Positions 40,701-50,026 of a stretch of DNA of 64,000 nt are shown piece by piece; positions within the stretch are counted from its first letter, which is position 1; each line of letters starts with the position of its first letter. Under the pieces are notes generated by a model that was given only the letters and a program-made list of their open reading frames with translations, did not search any database and was not told the DNA's origin. The translations under genes and the position numbers were made by a program. The stretch lies in the NCBI GenBank assembly GCA_034676125.1, contig JAUCCO010000001.1:9788-73787 (forward strand). Direction: 5' to 3'. The DNA is from Bacteroidia bacterium (GTDB taxonomy: Bacteria; Bacteroidota; Bacteroidia; UKL13-3).

Positions 40701-43175
40701 GGTGATAACTCGGTTACGGTAGATAGTTTTTACTATAGCCCAATACCTGGATTAACTGATGGTTATTTTGTGGATGGTTTCCGCAGAGAACGTTATGTTT
40801 TCTGGTTTGGCAAATGTGGCGAAAAAGTAATTGGCGATCAACTTAGTATGACACCATTCCCTAACGGGTTACCTAATGCAAACGTTACCATTCGCTATAT
40901 TGATAATTATACTGCGCGTATGTATCATCCTGCCAATAATCCTTATGGTTCATTAATTCGTGTAGGCGATGTGGCAACTGGAGATTCGGTTATTTGGTCA
41001 GAGTGTGGTGTAGTCTATACAGTTGCAAATACAGACAGTATTAAAACTTTTTATCGCACCGAGTATATGGATGCGGCTAAAATGTTGTTGCCTGTTAAAC
41101 ACCAATATTGGGCAAGTTCTTATCAATCTGATTGCAAAATTTCGGGATCTGCTCCTAGAGCTATTCGTCATCAGTTAGTAAGTACTAAAGAGTGTAAAAA
41201 ACAAACAGTTGATAGCAAACTTTTGGTTCGTGGAGTTATAAATGAAGTTAAACCTAGGGATGCCAGTTTGAGATTTGACAGTATTTTCTGTAAAAACGAA
41301 CCTGTTCATTTCTATGATTCAATACGCTATTATCGTAAAGATTGTTCGTTATCTCACCCAATTTTTAACCCTAATTTTGATCCTAGAACAAACGCAACTT
41401 ATGGTCCTCCATTTAATGGTTATCATTATGATACCATAGATTATTGGAGAGATGGTTCGATAGATATCAATAATTTTTATCCAAACGGAGATTACATAGA
41501 AAAGGTTAAATATTATTTTGGTGATGGAGACTCTGCTATGTGGACAAGTCCAGTGCATCAATATAAAAACCCTGGACAGTATCTTGTAACCATGTTAACC
41601 CGTGATAAAAACGGATGTTGGGATACTGCGTATTGTTCGGTTTATGTTTCAGACCCGAAAGCTGTTCCAGTAGTTAAGCCAGGTACTTTTAACTGTGGCA
41701 CCCCAATTACTCTCTGGGATCGTTCTACCATGTCGCCACTTGCGGGTTTCCCTAATAACCCATTAGATAGTATACGTTTTGATCCAACAATGGGTGTTGG
41801 CAATCAAATAAATAGAAACTACTGGTGGTTTGGTGAGCGTAAAACTGCGGATACCTTAATATATGCTGATGCACAATTTATTGATACTGCTATTTGGAAT
41901 TATCGTGGTAATGGTGCTTTCAGAATTAAATTGGTGGTTGAAACTGCTCAAGGTTGTAAAGACACTGGATTTGTTAATATTAACATTGCTGGTCCACGTC
42001 CGTTCTTAAAAGTAATAACTGATACTGTTGGATGTACACCATTTACAGTTAAAGTTGTAAATATGGCAGACGTGTTTGGTGGCACTGGTCCTGCAGATAA
42101 GCCTACAAGACGTACTGATATCCTTTGGGGTGATGCAAATCAACAAACATCAAAAAGTTTAATTCAATATGATACACTTACGTTCACCTATAACGATTCA
42201 GGAGTGTTTTATATTTTTGCTAGAAGTGATGATAACGATCCGCAATCTGATAATAATGGTTGTAAAATAGTTTACTATCCAGATACTTTTAATAATAACA
42301 ATGCTCCTATCAGAATAAATGTACGGAGATCTTACCCTGCTGAAATTATTTTAGATAAGCAAGTGGTATGTGTTGATCAGCCGTTCTTAATAACAAATGT
42401 TTCTGATACCATAAGTTATACAGAGTTTAAGTACACCTTGGTCAGTTCAGACGGTACCGAAATAGACACCCTTATTAAAAATAACATAGACCTAAAGTTT
42501 ACCAAAACTATTGGCGATACCGGTGATTATAAGGTGTATTTAGAACCAACTAAGGTGGCTCCTGGTTTGCCATTCTGTAGGTTGTTTGATACTGTAGATA
42601 TAAAAGTGGTAAGGCCATTTGCTAGTTTTGAGATTGATTCTGCTAAAAACTCTTCGTTTTTTAAATTTAGAAATACATCATTATCTTCAAGTGAATACAC
42701 TTGGACTGCAACAAAAAATGGTGTAGTAATAGCAGGACCAGTTGATAAGGTAGAAGCTGATAGAGATTGGTCGTATGATTTTGGTAAAGATACTGGAGAT
42801 GTAACTATTTGTTTAGAAGCATTTACTCCAGACCCTGGTAAGCCAGAATGTATGGACAGTGTTTGTCAAGTAATCTCTTATAACTTTATTGTTGAGCTTG
42901 AAATATACAATGTATTTACGCCTAGCCCTAAAGATGGTAATAATGACGTATTTGATATTAAAATTAAAGGTCAAAAAGAATACGATTTGGTTATTTACAA
43001 CCGTTGGGGAACTAAAGTATTTGAAAGTAAAGACGCAAAACGCGATTGGGATGGAACAAACATGAACGATGGTAGCGCTTGTCCTTCTGGTACCTACTTC
43101 TACGTATTTAAATACGAATTAGTAAACGGTAAAAAGGATACTGTAAATGGCACAGTTACTTTAATTAGAGATTAA
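37704..43175 (+). CDS. Large secreted PKD-domain protein with T9SS type-B C-terminal domain
   Basis: Signal peptide MKKQVLKFYLLLLISLLGVNYAQAQ (the ORF track starts at 37614). Several WDFGDG..../YYFGDGDS PKD signatures. C-terminus YNVFTPSPKDGNNDVFDI...YNRWGTKVFESKDAKRDWDGT...TVTLIRD. Confidence 0.85.
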   Translation: MKKQVLKFYLLLLISLLGVNYAQAQSLALTLSSPTVCLGDQITMDAALSGLPSGVTASSCGFDFDNDGVIENTVPGGGPNYNTQYLYMVPGAKTIKVTVTLSNGGKVENTIPIIVYRLPLPYASVVGPDIQCFRGNLVTLTNNSTKTDNRIYKLEIIWGDGRVDVTPFPFLGQQVSHSYNTNGKFDITLRVTDSLGCKKDTTYSGMLTIKQNISPTFVVLGNRGCVCSPFTLKNHHTVPFSNLNSYTWDFGDGTSMTRAKPWNLPLDSLDYDTITHLYCKNGTFYPALTIEDNTGCIDSFRLTPTYPGKKPENIVIDQDASSHLDGFDMVQRDSVCFGYEGFSTLVFRQTPNPMIDPGNGELLWNFDDPPSQQKNFNNSQWQPTHTFAKGLGLYNVTLTLWPLQPNPTCKKIDTVTIEVIGPQARIEDPINQILLNPLEQNQCLPLASGKYNVVNFVNTNLWYKSDHVFTRWDFGDDVAPQCTSFLVPKAGYPPLGGWATAQDQYAYSDGFWRQGNKVFEGRRLDCRYSADTLPIHQYTSWDVIYNWYLKGHDFMPWDFNAYSLNPADTLATANPKKILVTPEDSVFWGKPVYLNPQDGTWSLTQQSGPAPYGLWPRIDTIKSVDENGQPNPQDLKPYNRFTLQNGAPDPVQGFWGNTKRGGYGFFPKGFVVDPLIDSMEAKYTDFAGNRIIHNYDAMADRTRTLYRYLFDKAVQKCYNVEQFEKDSFNNVGAKTYLVLNDTLDLDTLDCKDDDKVLIKLMRPDASGLGVKGKECPGSYYNPDQAGIQFLLGSVDDMLGQYPGVSPDCGAAWIRVNLDSFADRRDQRPCELDGFVNYTGAPGPAPEAGGVFSTTPGGLTYPPFSLQADYNQYFMPPNRWNAAGGTSFWYHYGTNTIPLETSPVSGVTFFPPANPTGDITIGLVIGTGDPNNPCISDTVWYHNLLNITDLDGRFYVDPTYHPITNIPTNGACKYYCKSDIVNFVYLDSTQEYIHSSTIDWGDNSVTVDSFYYSPIPGLTDGYFVDGFRRERYVFWFGKCGEKVIGDQLSMTPFPNGLPNANVTIRYIDNYTARMYHPANNPYGSLIRVGDVATGDSVIWSECGVVYTVANTDSIKTFYRTEYMDAAKMLLPVKHQYWASSYQSDCKISGSAPRAIRHQLVSTKECKKQTVDSKLLVRGVINEVKPRDASLRFDSIFCKNEPVHFYDSIRYYRKDCSLSHPIFNPNFDPRTNATYGPPFNGYHYDTIDYWRDGSIDINNFYPNGDYIEKVKYYFGDGDSAMWTSPVHQYKNPGQYLVTMLTRDKNGCWDTAYCSVYVSDPKAVPVVKPGTFNCGTPITLWDRSTMSPLAGFPNNPLDSIRFDPTMGVGNQINRNYWWFGERKTADTLIYADAQFIDTAIWNYRGNGAFRIKLVVETAQGCKDTGFVNINIAGPRPFLKVITDTVGCTPFTVKVVNMADVFGGTGPADKPTRRTDILWGDANQQTSKSLIQYDTLTFTYNDSGVFYIFARSDDNDPQSDNNGCKIVYYPDTFNNNNAPIRINVRRSYPAEIILDKQVVCVDQPFLITNVSDTISYTEFKYTLVSSDGTEIDTLIKNNIDLKFTKTIGDTGDYKVYLEPTKVAPGLPFCRLFDTVDIKVVRPFASFEIDSAKNSSFFKFRNTSLSSSEYTWTATKNGVVIAGPVDKVEADRDWSYDFGKDTGDVTICLEAFTPDPGKPECMDSVCQVISYNFIVELEIYNVFTPSPKDGNNDVFDIKIKGQKEYDLVIYNRWGTKVFESKDAKRDWDGTNMNDGSACPSGTYFYVFKYELVNGKKDTVNGTVTLIRD

Positions 43176-43195
43176 TTATTTAATTAATTTGATAC

Positions 43196-43236
43196 AAAGG
43201 GGAATCTGCACGCAGATTCCCCTTTTTTGTTTTTTT
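43196..43236 (+). terminator. Strong rho-independent terminator
   Basis: aaaggggaatctgc-acg-cagattcccc followed by TTTTTTgTTTTTTT. Confidence 0.85.
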
Positions 43237-43289
43237 ACAATAGGTATTTGGTTAATTTCGCACCTCGCTTAAAAACCTAAATTTATTTA

Positions 43290-44288
43290 ATGAAAGTAGC
43301 TGTTGTTGGTGCCACCGGATTAGTGGGAACCGTTATGCTTAAATTATTGGCAGAAAGAAATTTCCCCGTAACCGAACTTATTCCTGTTGCTTCTGCCAAC
43401 TCTGTTGGTAAAGAAATTACTTTTAAAAATAAGATTTATAAGGTACATAGCATGCAACAAGCTATTGATAAAAAACCACACATCGCACTGTTTTCTGCTG
43501 GTGGAAATACATCTTTACAATATGCAGAGGCTTTTGCCGCGGTTGGTACTTTTGTAATTGACAACTCTTCTGCTTGGCGCATGCACCCCGATATAAAACT
43601 TATTGTACCCGAAATTAATGCAGATGTTTTAACCGCTGCTGATAAAATTATAGCTAACCCAAACTGCTCAACTATTCAAATGGTATTGGCATTAAATCCA
43701 CTTCATTTAAAGTACGGCATTAAGCGTATTGTGGTATCAACCTACCAAAGTGTAACAGGCACGGGTGTAAAAGCGGTAAATCAGCTCGAAAACGAACGGA
43801 ATGGGATACAAGGCGAAATGGCCTATGCACATGTTATTGATAAAAATTGCATTCCGCAAATAGATGTGTTTTTAGATAATGGCTACACCAAAGAAGAAGT
43901 TAAAATGGTGAACGAAACTAAAAAAATTATGCGAAGTGAAGATATTCATGTTACTGCCACTTGTGTTCGTGTGCCTGTTATGGGTGGCCATAGCGAAAGC
44001 GTAAATGTTGAGTTTAATAAGGATTTTGATTTGGAAGAAGTTAAACAATTACTTAAAGCCACAAAAGGAATTATTGTTAAGGATGATATAACCAAATCGC
44101 TTTACCCAATGCCACTTACTGATGCATTTGATAAAGATGAAGTTTTTGTTGGCCGCATTCGCAGAGATGAGTCGCAAGCCAAAACCTTAAATTTATGGAT
44201 TGTTGCCGATAATTTACGCAAAGGTGCTGCAACCAATACCATACAAATTGCGGAGTATTTGGTTGACAAAAATCTTGTTAATTCTTAA
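43290..44288 (+). CDS. asd: Aspartate-semialdehyde dehydrogenase
   Basis: MKVAVVGATGLVGTVMLKLL NAD(P) site. Active-site NPNCSTIQMVLAL. Length 332 aa. Confidence 0.9.
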   Translation: MKVAVVGATGLVGTVMLKLLAERNFPVTELIPVASANSVGKEITFKNKIYKVHSMQQAIDKKPHIALFSAGGNTSLQYAEAFAAVGTFVIDNSSAWRMHPDIKLIVPEINADVLTAADKIIANPNCSTIQMVLALNPLHLKYGIKRIVVSTYQSVTGTGVKAVNQLENERNGIQGEMAYAHVIDKNCIPQIDVFLDNGYTKEEVKMVNETKKIMRSEDIHVTATCVRVPVMGGHSESVNVEFNKDFDLEEVKQLLKATKGIIVKDDITKSLYPMPLTDAFDKDEVFVGRIRRDESQAKTLNLWIVADNLRKGAATNTIQIAEYLVDKNLVNS

Positions 44289-44295
44289 TTAGTTA

Positions 44296-44535
44296 ATGAA
44301 CAATCATCCTACCTTTACAAAAGCACAATTGGCCTTGCGCAATGGGCAAGATAAAGACGAAATTTGGATAGCATTTAAAGGTATAATTTATAATGTAACC
44401 AAAAGTAGGCTTTGGCGCAATGGCAAACACTACGAGCATTGGGCTGGCCAAGATTTAACGGATGAATTAAAAGATGCACCGCATAGTAAAACGGTGTTTG
44501 ATAAATTTGATATTGTTGGATATTTAGAAAAGTAA
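44296..44535 (+). CDS. Cytochrome b5-like heme/steroid-binding domain protein
   Basis: IAFKGIIYNVT...HYEHWAGQDLTDEL resembles the b5 core (V.YDVT...HPGG...AG.DAT..F). 79 aa. Confidence 0.45.
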   Translation: MNNHPTFTKAQLALRNGQDKDEIWIAFKGIIYNVTKSRLWRNGKHYEHWAGQDLTDELKDAPHSKTVFDKFDIVGYLEK

Positions 44536-44538
44536 AAC

Positions 44539-45135
44539 ATGAGTACAAAAGCATTTAGTTTTGATAGCTACATTTTAAAGGGTATGACTTACCCGGTGTA
44601 TGTTGATTTATTAAAAGATTTATTAACCGAGGGCAAAACAACTGGAGTTAACCAAGACCCACATTTGTTTGAATACGCTAAATTAAACATACAACGTATG
44701 GAGCGCATTTTTAAAACGGTTGTGGTTTCAGAGGAGTTGGCAAATGCAGTAAAAGCAATAAACCAAAAACAAACGTGGCTTTGTATTACCGAAGGTTGGT
44801 GTGGCGATGCTGCCCAAAGTGTTGCCTTGTTTGAGCGCCTTGCCGAGTTGAATGATAACATTACTTTTAAGTTGGTGTTGCGTGACGAAAACATTGAGCT
44901 AATTGATAGGTATTTAACCAACGGTGGCAGGGCTATTCCGATGGTAATTGCGTTGCAAGATGGTAAAGAAGTGTGGAAATGGGGACCAAGGCCAGCATCA
45001 TTACAAAAAGTGGTTGATACTTTTAAAGAAAATCCAACGGTAACGCTCGAAGATTTAAAAACACAATTGCATACTTGGTACGCTAAAAACAAAACAGTTG
45101 ATCAACAAAACGAGCTTTTAACACTGATAAAATAA
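44539..45135 (+). CDS. Thioredoxin-fold protein (WCGDA motif)
   Basis: ITEGWCGDAAQSV is a CxxC-like redox motif in a thioredoxin-like alpha/beta pattern. 198 aa. Confidence 0.45.
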   Translation: MSTKAFSFDSYILKGMTYPVYVDLLKDLLTEGKTTGVNQDPHLFEYAKLNIQRMERIFKTVVVSEELANAVKAINQKQTWLCITEGWCGDAAQSVALFERLAELNDNITFKLVLRDENIELIDRYLTNGGRAIPMVIALQDGKEVWKWGPRPASLQKVVDTFKENPTVTLEDLKTQLHTWYAKNKTVDQQNELLTLIK

Positions 45136-45226
45136 AAAATGTGCCACTGTTTATCAGTGGTTTATTTTTTTATATATTTGGTTTATATTATAAACTAGTT
45201 TATTGTTGTGTACAGATTTTATAAAC

Positions 45227-46114
45227 ATGAAAACAAAAATATTTACCGTTGCTATGTTAATTGGATTAACAACAACCTTATTTGGCCAGAATGCATTTAA
45301 CAATGGCGGATTTGAAAATTGGGAAGACAAAGGCGATTATCAAGATCCAACATATTGGTCTACTTTAAATAAACTTGTTGGTTTTGGATATGAGCCTTCA
45401 ACAACATTAACTACTGATGCAAAATCGGGTACAAATGCGGTAATGTTGCGCAGTCAGGCAAATGCATTTCAAAATATTCCTGGTGTTTTGGCTACTGGTC
45501 CTGTTATTAACCAAGCAAACGAACCGGATTTTACAGATATAAAAATTGCTTTTGCTGCAAGGCCAAAATCTATTCAGTTTTATTACAAATATGCACCATC
45601 AACTAACGATAGCTGTGTTTTTTATGCAGTACTTACTAAATGGAACACCTCAACTAACAAAACTGATACCATTGCCAAGGCTTTATTTACAAATGGAAGT
45701 GCTGTTAATGCATACACGATGGGCGAAGCCGTGTTTAACTATAACTCAACAGAGCAGCCCGATTCTGCCTTTATGCTAATTACTTCTAGTGTTAGTAATC
45801 TTGACCCAATAGTTGGTAGTACTTTATTTATAGATGATTTGGTATTGGTTTATAATACGGGTTTATCAAATGTTGTAAATAATACGTTAAGCAAAGTATA
45901 TCCAAATCCAACCCAAAATATTATTACCATATCAACCCAAAATAACAAAATTTTCGAAGTGGTTTTAACAGATATTAATGGTAAGGAAATTACAAAACTA
46001 TCAAACCAAATAAACCAAACACACCTTGATTTAAGTGGCTTAAACAATGGTTTATATTTTTTAAGAACCATAAGCAGTGACGGTACTTCAGTTCAAAAAA
46101 TTGTTAAAAACTAA
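45227..46114 (+). CDS. Small secreted protein with T9SS type-A C-terminal sorting domain
   Basis: Signal peptide MKTKIFTVAMLIGLTTTLFGQ. C-terminus VYPNPTQNIITIST...LTDINGKEIT...LNNGLYFLRTISSDGTSVQKIVKN. The ORF track starts at 45203. Confidence 0.75.
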   Translation: MKTKIFTVAMLIGLTTTLFGQNAFNNGGFENWEDKGDYQDPTYWSTLNKLVGFGYEPSTTLTTDAKSGTNAVMLRSQANAFQNIPGVLATGPVINQANEPDFTDIKIAFAARPKSIQFYYKYAPSTNDSCVFYAVLTKWNTSTNKTDTIAKALFTNGSAVNAYTMGEAVFNYNSTEQPDSAFMLITSSVSNLDPIVGSTLFIDDLVLVYNTGLSNVVNNTLSKVYPNPTQNIITISTQNNKIFEVVLTDINGKEITKLSNQINQTHLDLSGLNNGLYFLRTISSDGTSVQKIVKN

Positions 46115-46124
46115 CAGTATTATT

Positions 46125-46697
46125 ATGAACGAAAAAGATGCTTTGTTGGTTATCGAAGACATGATAAACAACACCAAAGAAGAGATTAAAGACAATGGTT
46201 TTTATTTTTATTTATGGGGCTGGTTGGTATTTATTGCAGCCATAGCAAACACAATTATTGTTCAGTTTAACTTGTTTGAGTTTAATGGTTTGCCTTGGGT
46301 AATATTAATGCCATTGGGTGGTGTTATTACTTTTATTTCTAAAAAGCGCGACAAACCTGTTTATGTAAAAACCTATGTATCGCAAAGTTTTAAAATAGGT
46401 ATGATAGCGTTTTGTGTTTCACTTTTTATTGTGTGTTTTGCTATGCCAATGGGCCAACAATGGAAGGCGTTTTATCCAACCATAATGTTAATTTATGCCA
46501 TCTGGCTTTTTGTATCAGGTGGATTATTAAACTTTAAACCATTACAATATGGTGCGGCACTTAATTGGTTATTGGCTTTTATTGGATTTATTTGGCCATC
46601 AACCCAAGTACATTTAATATTAATAGCAATTGGGGTTTTAGGCGGATTTATTATTCCTGGCCATTTATTAAAAAGCAAAGCAGCACAAAGTGTTTAA
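46125..46697 (+). CDS. Integral membrane protein (4-5 TM), unknown function
   Basis: Hydrophobic helices (WLVFIAAIANTIIV, VILMPLGGVITFI, MIAFCVSLFIVCFAM, IMLIYAIWLFVSGGL, LILIAIGVLGGFII). ATG at 46125; the ORF track starts at a GTG at 46077. Overlaps the downstream regulator by 8 nt. Confidence 0.55.
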   Translation: MNEKDALLVIEDMINNTKEEIKDNGFYFYLWGWLVFIAAIANTIIVQFNLFEFNGLPWVILMPLGGVITFISKKRDKPVYVKTYVSQSFKIGMIAFCVSLFIVCFAMPMGQQWKAFYPTIMLIYAIWLFVSGGLLNFKPLQYGAALNWLLAFIGFIWPSTQVHLILIAIGVLGGFIIPGHLLKSKAAQSV

Positions 46698-46974
46698 AAA
46701 TCTCGATCCATTATTACATACCCAGCTTAGGCTTGCAATTATGAGTTTACTTATGAATGTGGCCGAAGCTGAGTTTACTTATATCAAGGAAAAAACGAAG
46801 GCTACTGCGGGTAATTTAAGCGTGCAAATTGATAAACTAAAAGTAGCTGAATATATTTCTGTAGAAAAATCGTTTAAGAATAATTACCCACTAACCATGT
46901 GTAAAATTACACAAAAAGGTAGGGCTGCTTTTGAAACTTATGTAAAAGATTTAAAATCGTATATCAAACTTTGA
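46690..46974 (+). CDS. Small winged-helix DNA-binding transcriptional regulator (HTH_34/PadR-like)
   Basis: LDPLLHTQLRLAIMSLL...GNLSVQIDKLKVAEYISVEK...ITQKGRAAF is a winged-HTH pattern. 94 aa, co-operonic with the membrane protein. Confidence 0.5.
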   Translation: MFKNLDPLLHTQLRLAIMSLLMNVAEAEFTYIKEKTKATAGNLSVQIDKLKVAEYISVEKSFKNNYPLTMCKITQKGRAAFETYVKDLKSYIKL

Positions 46975-47035
46975 TGTGAACATCTATGCATGGTTTGGGG
47001 ATAACCTATAGTGGTTGAATGCTTAATTTTGCGCC

Positions 47036-48148
47036 ATGAAAATGGTGAGATTTTTATTAGTAGCTATACTTTATACCACAACAATTAATGCACAGCATAT
47101 TGCTGGACTATTGCCGCCCGAGCCAAATGGCACACACCCAGAAGAAACAGATGTAGCGGGTGCATCAACCAAAGAGAAACATTTTGCAGAAATGCGCCAA
47201 CTTACTTTTGGTGGCGATAATATAGAAGCCCGTTTTAGTTTTGATGGAAAAAAACTTTCGTTACAAAGCAACAATCCTATTTGGGGTTTAAAATGCCATC
47301 AAACATTTTGGTTAGATATTGAAGAAGCTGCTGATAACCGAATTTATCAACCATTAAATATTAGCAACCTTGAAGGACGCACAACGGGTGCATTTTATAT
47401 GGCCGATAACAAGCGTGTAATCTACTCGTCAACCTTTAAAGTTGGTAAAGAGTGCCCCGTTTTACAACAAACCAATGGTAGTGATGTGTGGCCAATTGAT
47501 ACTAATTACGACATTTTTGTTGGTGACGAAAAAGGAAAAGTAGTAAAGCAAATTACTAAAACTACTGGTTATGATGCAGGTGCTATGATATCACCAAAAG
47601 GAGATAAAATTTTATTTACATCAACCCGAAATGGCGATTTAGATTTATACCTAATGGATATAAACGGTAAAAATGTAAAACAACTAACCAACACATTGGG
47701 GTATGATGGAGGTGCAGCTTTTTCGGCAGATGGAACTAAAATTGTGTTTAGTGCAAGCAGACCGAATAGTACTGATACCAACGAATACAAAGCTTTGTTA
47801 TTAAACGGATTTGTAACGCCAACCAAACTAGAAATTTACACCATGAATGTTGATGGAACCAACCTACAACAAATTACTAAATTGGGTAAATCAAACAGAA
47901 CGCCTGTTTTTAATCCAAGTGGAACTAAAATCATCTTTTCATCAAACCACCACAGCGATAAAGGCAACGATTTTCAGTTGTTTATGATTAATGTAGATGG
48001 TAGTGCATTGGAGCAAATTACTTTTGAAAGTAAGTTTAATGGATTTCCTATGTTTTCGCCCGATGGAAAAACATTGGTGTTTTCATCAAACAGAAATAAT
48101 GGCGAAACCCGCGACACCAATGTGTTTATTGTGGACTGGGTGGAGTAA
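47036..48148 (+). CDS. TolB-like periplasmic beta-propeller protein (PD40/WD40-like repeats)
   Basis: Signal peptide MKMVRFLLVAILYTTTINAQ. Repeated ...SPKGDKILFTSTRNGDLDLY.../...SADGTKIVFSASRPN.../...NPSGTKIIFSSNHHSD.../...SPDGKTLVFSSNRNNG... PD40 units. Confidence 0.75.
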   Translation: MKMVRFLLVAILYTTTINAQHIAGLLPPEPNGTHPEETDVAGASTKEKHFAEMRQLTFGGDNIEARFSFDGKKLSLQSNNPIWGLKCHQTFWLDIEEAADNRIYQPLNISNLEGRTTGAFYMADNKRVIYSSTFKVGKECPVLQQTNGSDVWPIDTNYDIFVGDEKGKVVKQITKTTGYDAGAMISPKGDKILFTSTRNGDLDLYLMDINGKNVKQLTNTLGYDGGAAFSADGTKIVFSASRPNSTDTNEYKALLLNGFVTPTKLEIYTMNVDGTNLQQITKLGKSNRTPVFNPSGTKIIFSSNHHSDKGNDFQLFMINVDGSALEQITFESKFNGFPMFSPDGKTLVFSSNRNNGETRDTNVFIVDWVE

Positions 48149-48205
48149 CGTGTAACAAAAGTTTAGGCAGTTGGGCTTATTTTAACTAAATTCGCCACAC
48201 TAAAA

Positions 48206-49912
48206 ATGACTAAACGCTGGTTACCAAAACTTAATCCCGAAAAAGAAATCGTTGAAAACCTTTCTTCGGCTATCAACGTAAACAAAATTCTTTCCAGGGT
48301 TTTGGTCCAACGAGGTATTGTAACCTACGAAGCTGCAAAAAAATTCTTCAGGCCGCAATATGCCGACTTGCACGATCCATTTATTATGTTGGGTATGGAT
48401 TTGGCCATTAGCCGTATTGAAAAGGCTATTGAAAACAACGAAAAAATATTGGTGTATGGCGATTATGATGTGGATGGAACTACATCGGTAACTATTGTGT
48501 ATGCATTTTTATTGGCCCGCTACCCCAACATGGATTTTTATATTCCGGATAGATATGTAGAAGGATATGGAATTTCTGTAAAAGGGATTGATTGGGCTGC
48601 CGAAAACAATTTTTCGTTAATTATTGCCTTAGATTGTGGTATAAAATCGGTTGAGCGTGTGGCTTATGCCAAACAAAAAAACATAGATTTTATAATTTGT
48701 GATCACCATTTGCCTGGTGAAGTTATACCTGATGCGGTTGCTATTTTAAACCCAAAACAATCAAATTGTCCTTATCCTTTTAAAGAGTTATCGGGTTGTG
48801 GAATTGGTTTTAAGTTGGTACAAGCTTACGCCATAAAACATAATATTCCGTTTGCCGAGGTTGAACAATATATAGATTTAGTGGCCATAAGTATTTCGGC
48901 CGATTTGGTTCCTATTTTAGATGAAAACCGTATTTTGGTTCATCATGGATTAAAAAAATTAAAAACAAATCCCAACAAAGGTTTAAGTGCATTGCTTGAT
49001 ACTTATGCTGATAAACCAGAATATAGTGTAACAGATGTGGTATTTTTTATTGGCCCAAGGATTAATGCGGCTGGCCGTATTGCAGATGCAAAAGACTCTG
49101 TAAAACTAATGACCTCGCATGATTTTGAAACAGCTAAAGAAATTGCTGAGTTAGTTAACCAACACAACACCGAACGTAGGTTGTTTGATAGTGATATTAC
49201 CTCGCAAGCTTTTGAAATGATAAAGCATGATGAATTGTTTGGCGATAGAAAATCTACCGTATTATTTAACAATGCTTGGCACAAAGGTGTTATTGGAATT
49301 GTAGCATCTCGGTTAATAGAAAAATTTTATAGACCAACCATTATTTTAACCGAAAGCAATGGCTTAGCTACTGGTAGCGCCCGCTCTGTAGAAGGTTTTG
49401 ATTTGTATGGAGCTATTGAAGAATGTAGCGAATTACTTGAACAATATGGTGGCCACACACATGCTGCGGGCTTAACTTTAAAGTTAGAAAACGTAATTCC
49501 GTTTAGCGAAAAATTTGAACGTATAGTTTCTGCAAACATTGTAGAACGTAGCCTTACTCCCGAAATTGAGTATGATGCTGAAATACCATTGCGTGCCATT
49601 ACACCTAAGTTTTTTAATGTATTAAAACAGTTTTCGCCATTTGGGCCGGGCAACCAAAGCCCAATATTTATGAGCAAAAATGTGTGGGAGGTAGGCGATG
49701 TAATGATAGTAGGTAACAACCATTTAAAAATGAGTATTACACAAGAAAGCAGTGGACGAATTTTTAAAGCAATTGCTTTTGGATTGGGCGAACATTACGA
49801 TAAAGTAGCACAAGGCATTTCGTTTGATATTTGTTACACCGTAGAAGAAAATCATTTTAACGGGCACGTTAACCTTCAGCTAAACATCAAAGATATTTTA
49901 TTTAAAAGCTAA
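48206..49912 (+). CDS. recJ: Single-stranded-DNA-specific exonuclease RecJ
   Basis: DHH motifs (VYGDYDVDGTTS, ICDHHLPG), a DHHA1 region (GGHTHAAG) and a C-terminal OB-like domain. 568 aa. Confidence 0.9.
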   Translation: MTKRWLPKLNPEKEIVENLSSAINVNKILSRVLVQRGIVTYEAAKKFFRPQYADLHDPFIMLGMDLAISRIEKAIENNEKILVYGDYDVDGTTSVTIVYAFLLARYPNMDFYIPDRYVEGYGISVKGIDWAAENNFSLIIALDCGIKSVERVAYAKQKNIDFIICDHHLPGEVIPDAVAILNPKQSNCPYPFKELSGCGIGFKLVQAYAIKHNIPFAEVEQYIDLVAISISADLVPILDENRILVHHGLKKLKTNPNKGLSALLDTYADKPEYSVTDVVFFIGPRINAAGRIADAKDSVKLMTSHDFETAKEIAELVNQHNTERRLFDSDITSQAFEMIKHDELFGDRKSTVLFNNAWHKGVIGIVASRLIEKFYRPTIILTESNGLATGSARSVEGFDLYGAIEECSELLEQYGGHTHAAGLTLKLENVIPFSEKFERIVSANIVERSLTPEIEYDAEIPLRAITPKFFNVLKQFSPFGPGNQSPIFMSKNVWEVGDVMIVGNNHLKMSITQESSGRIFKAIAFGLGEHYDKVAQGISFDICYTVEENHFNGHVNLQLNIKDILFKS

Positions 49913-50026
49913 GCTTTTTTGGTGTTGATTGGTAGTTTTTTACGGTGAGGATTCATGCAATAATCAAACTTCAAAAAGACAAAACAGAAAAGGCCAAAAG
50001 CGTATAAAATCGTTTCAACGAAGTAA

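Noticed and set aside
49905-49930. Intrinsic terminator after recJ (aaagct-a-agcttttttgg)
   Set aside because: The stem is only 6 bp and A/T-rich. That is too weak to call confidently, although it may function together with the convergent gene arrangement.
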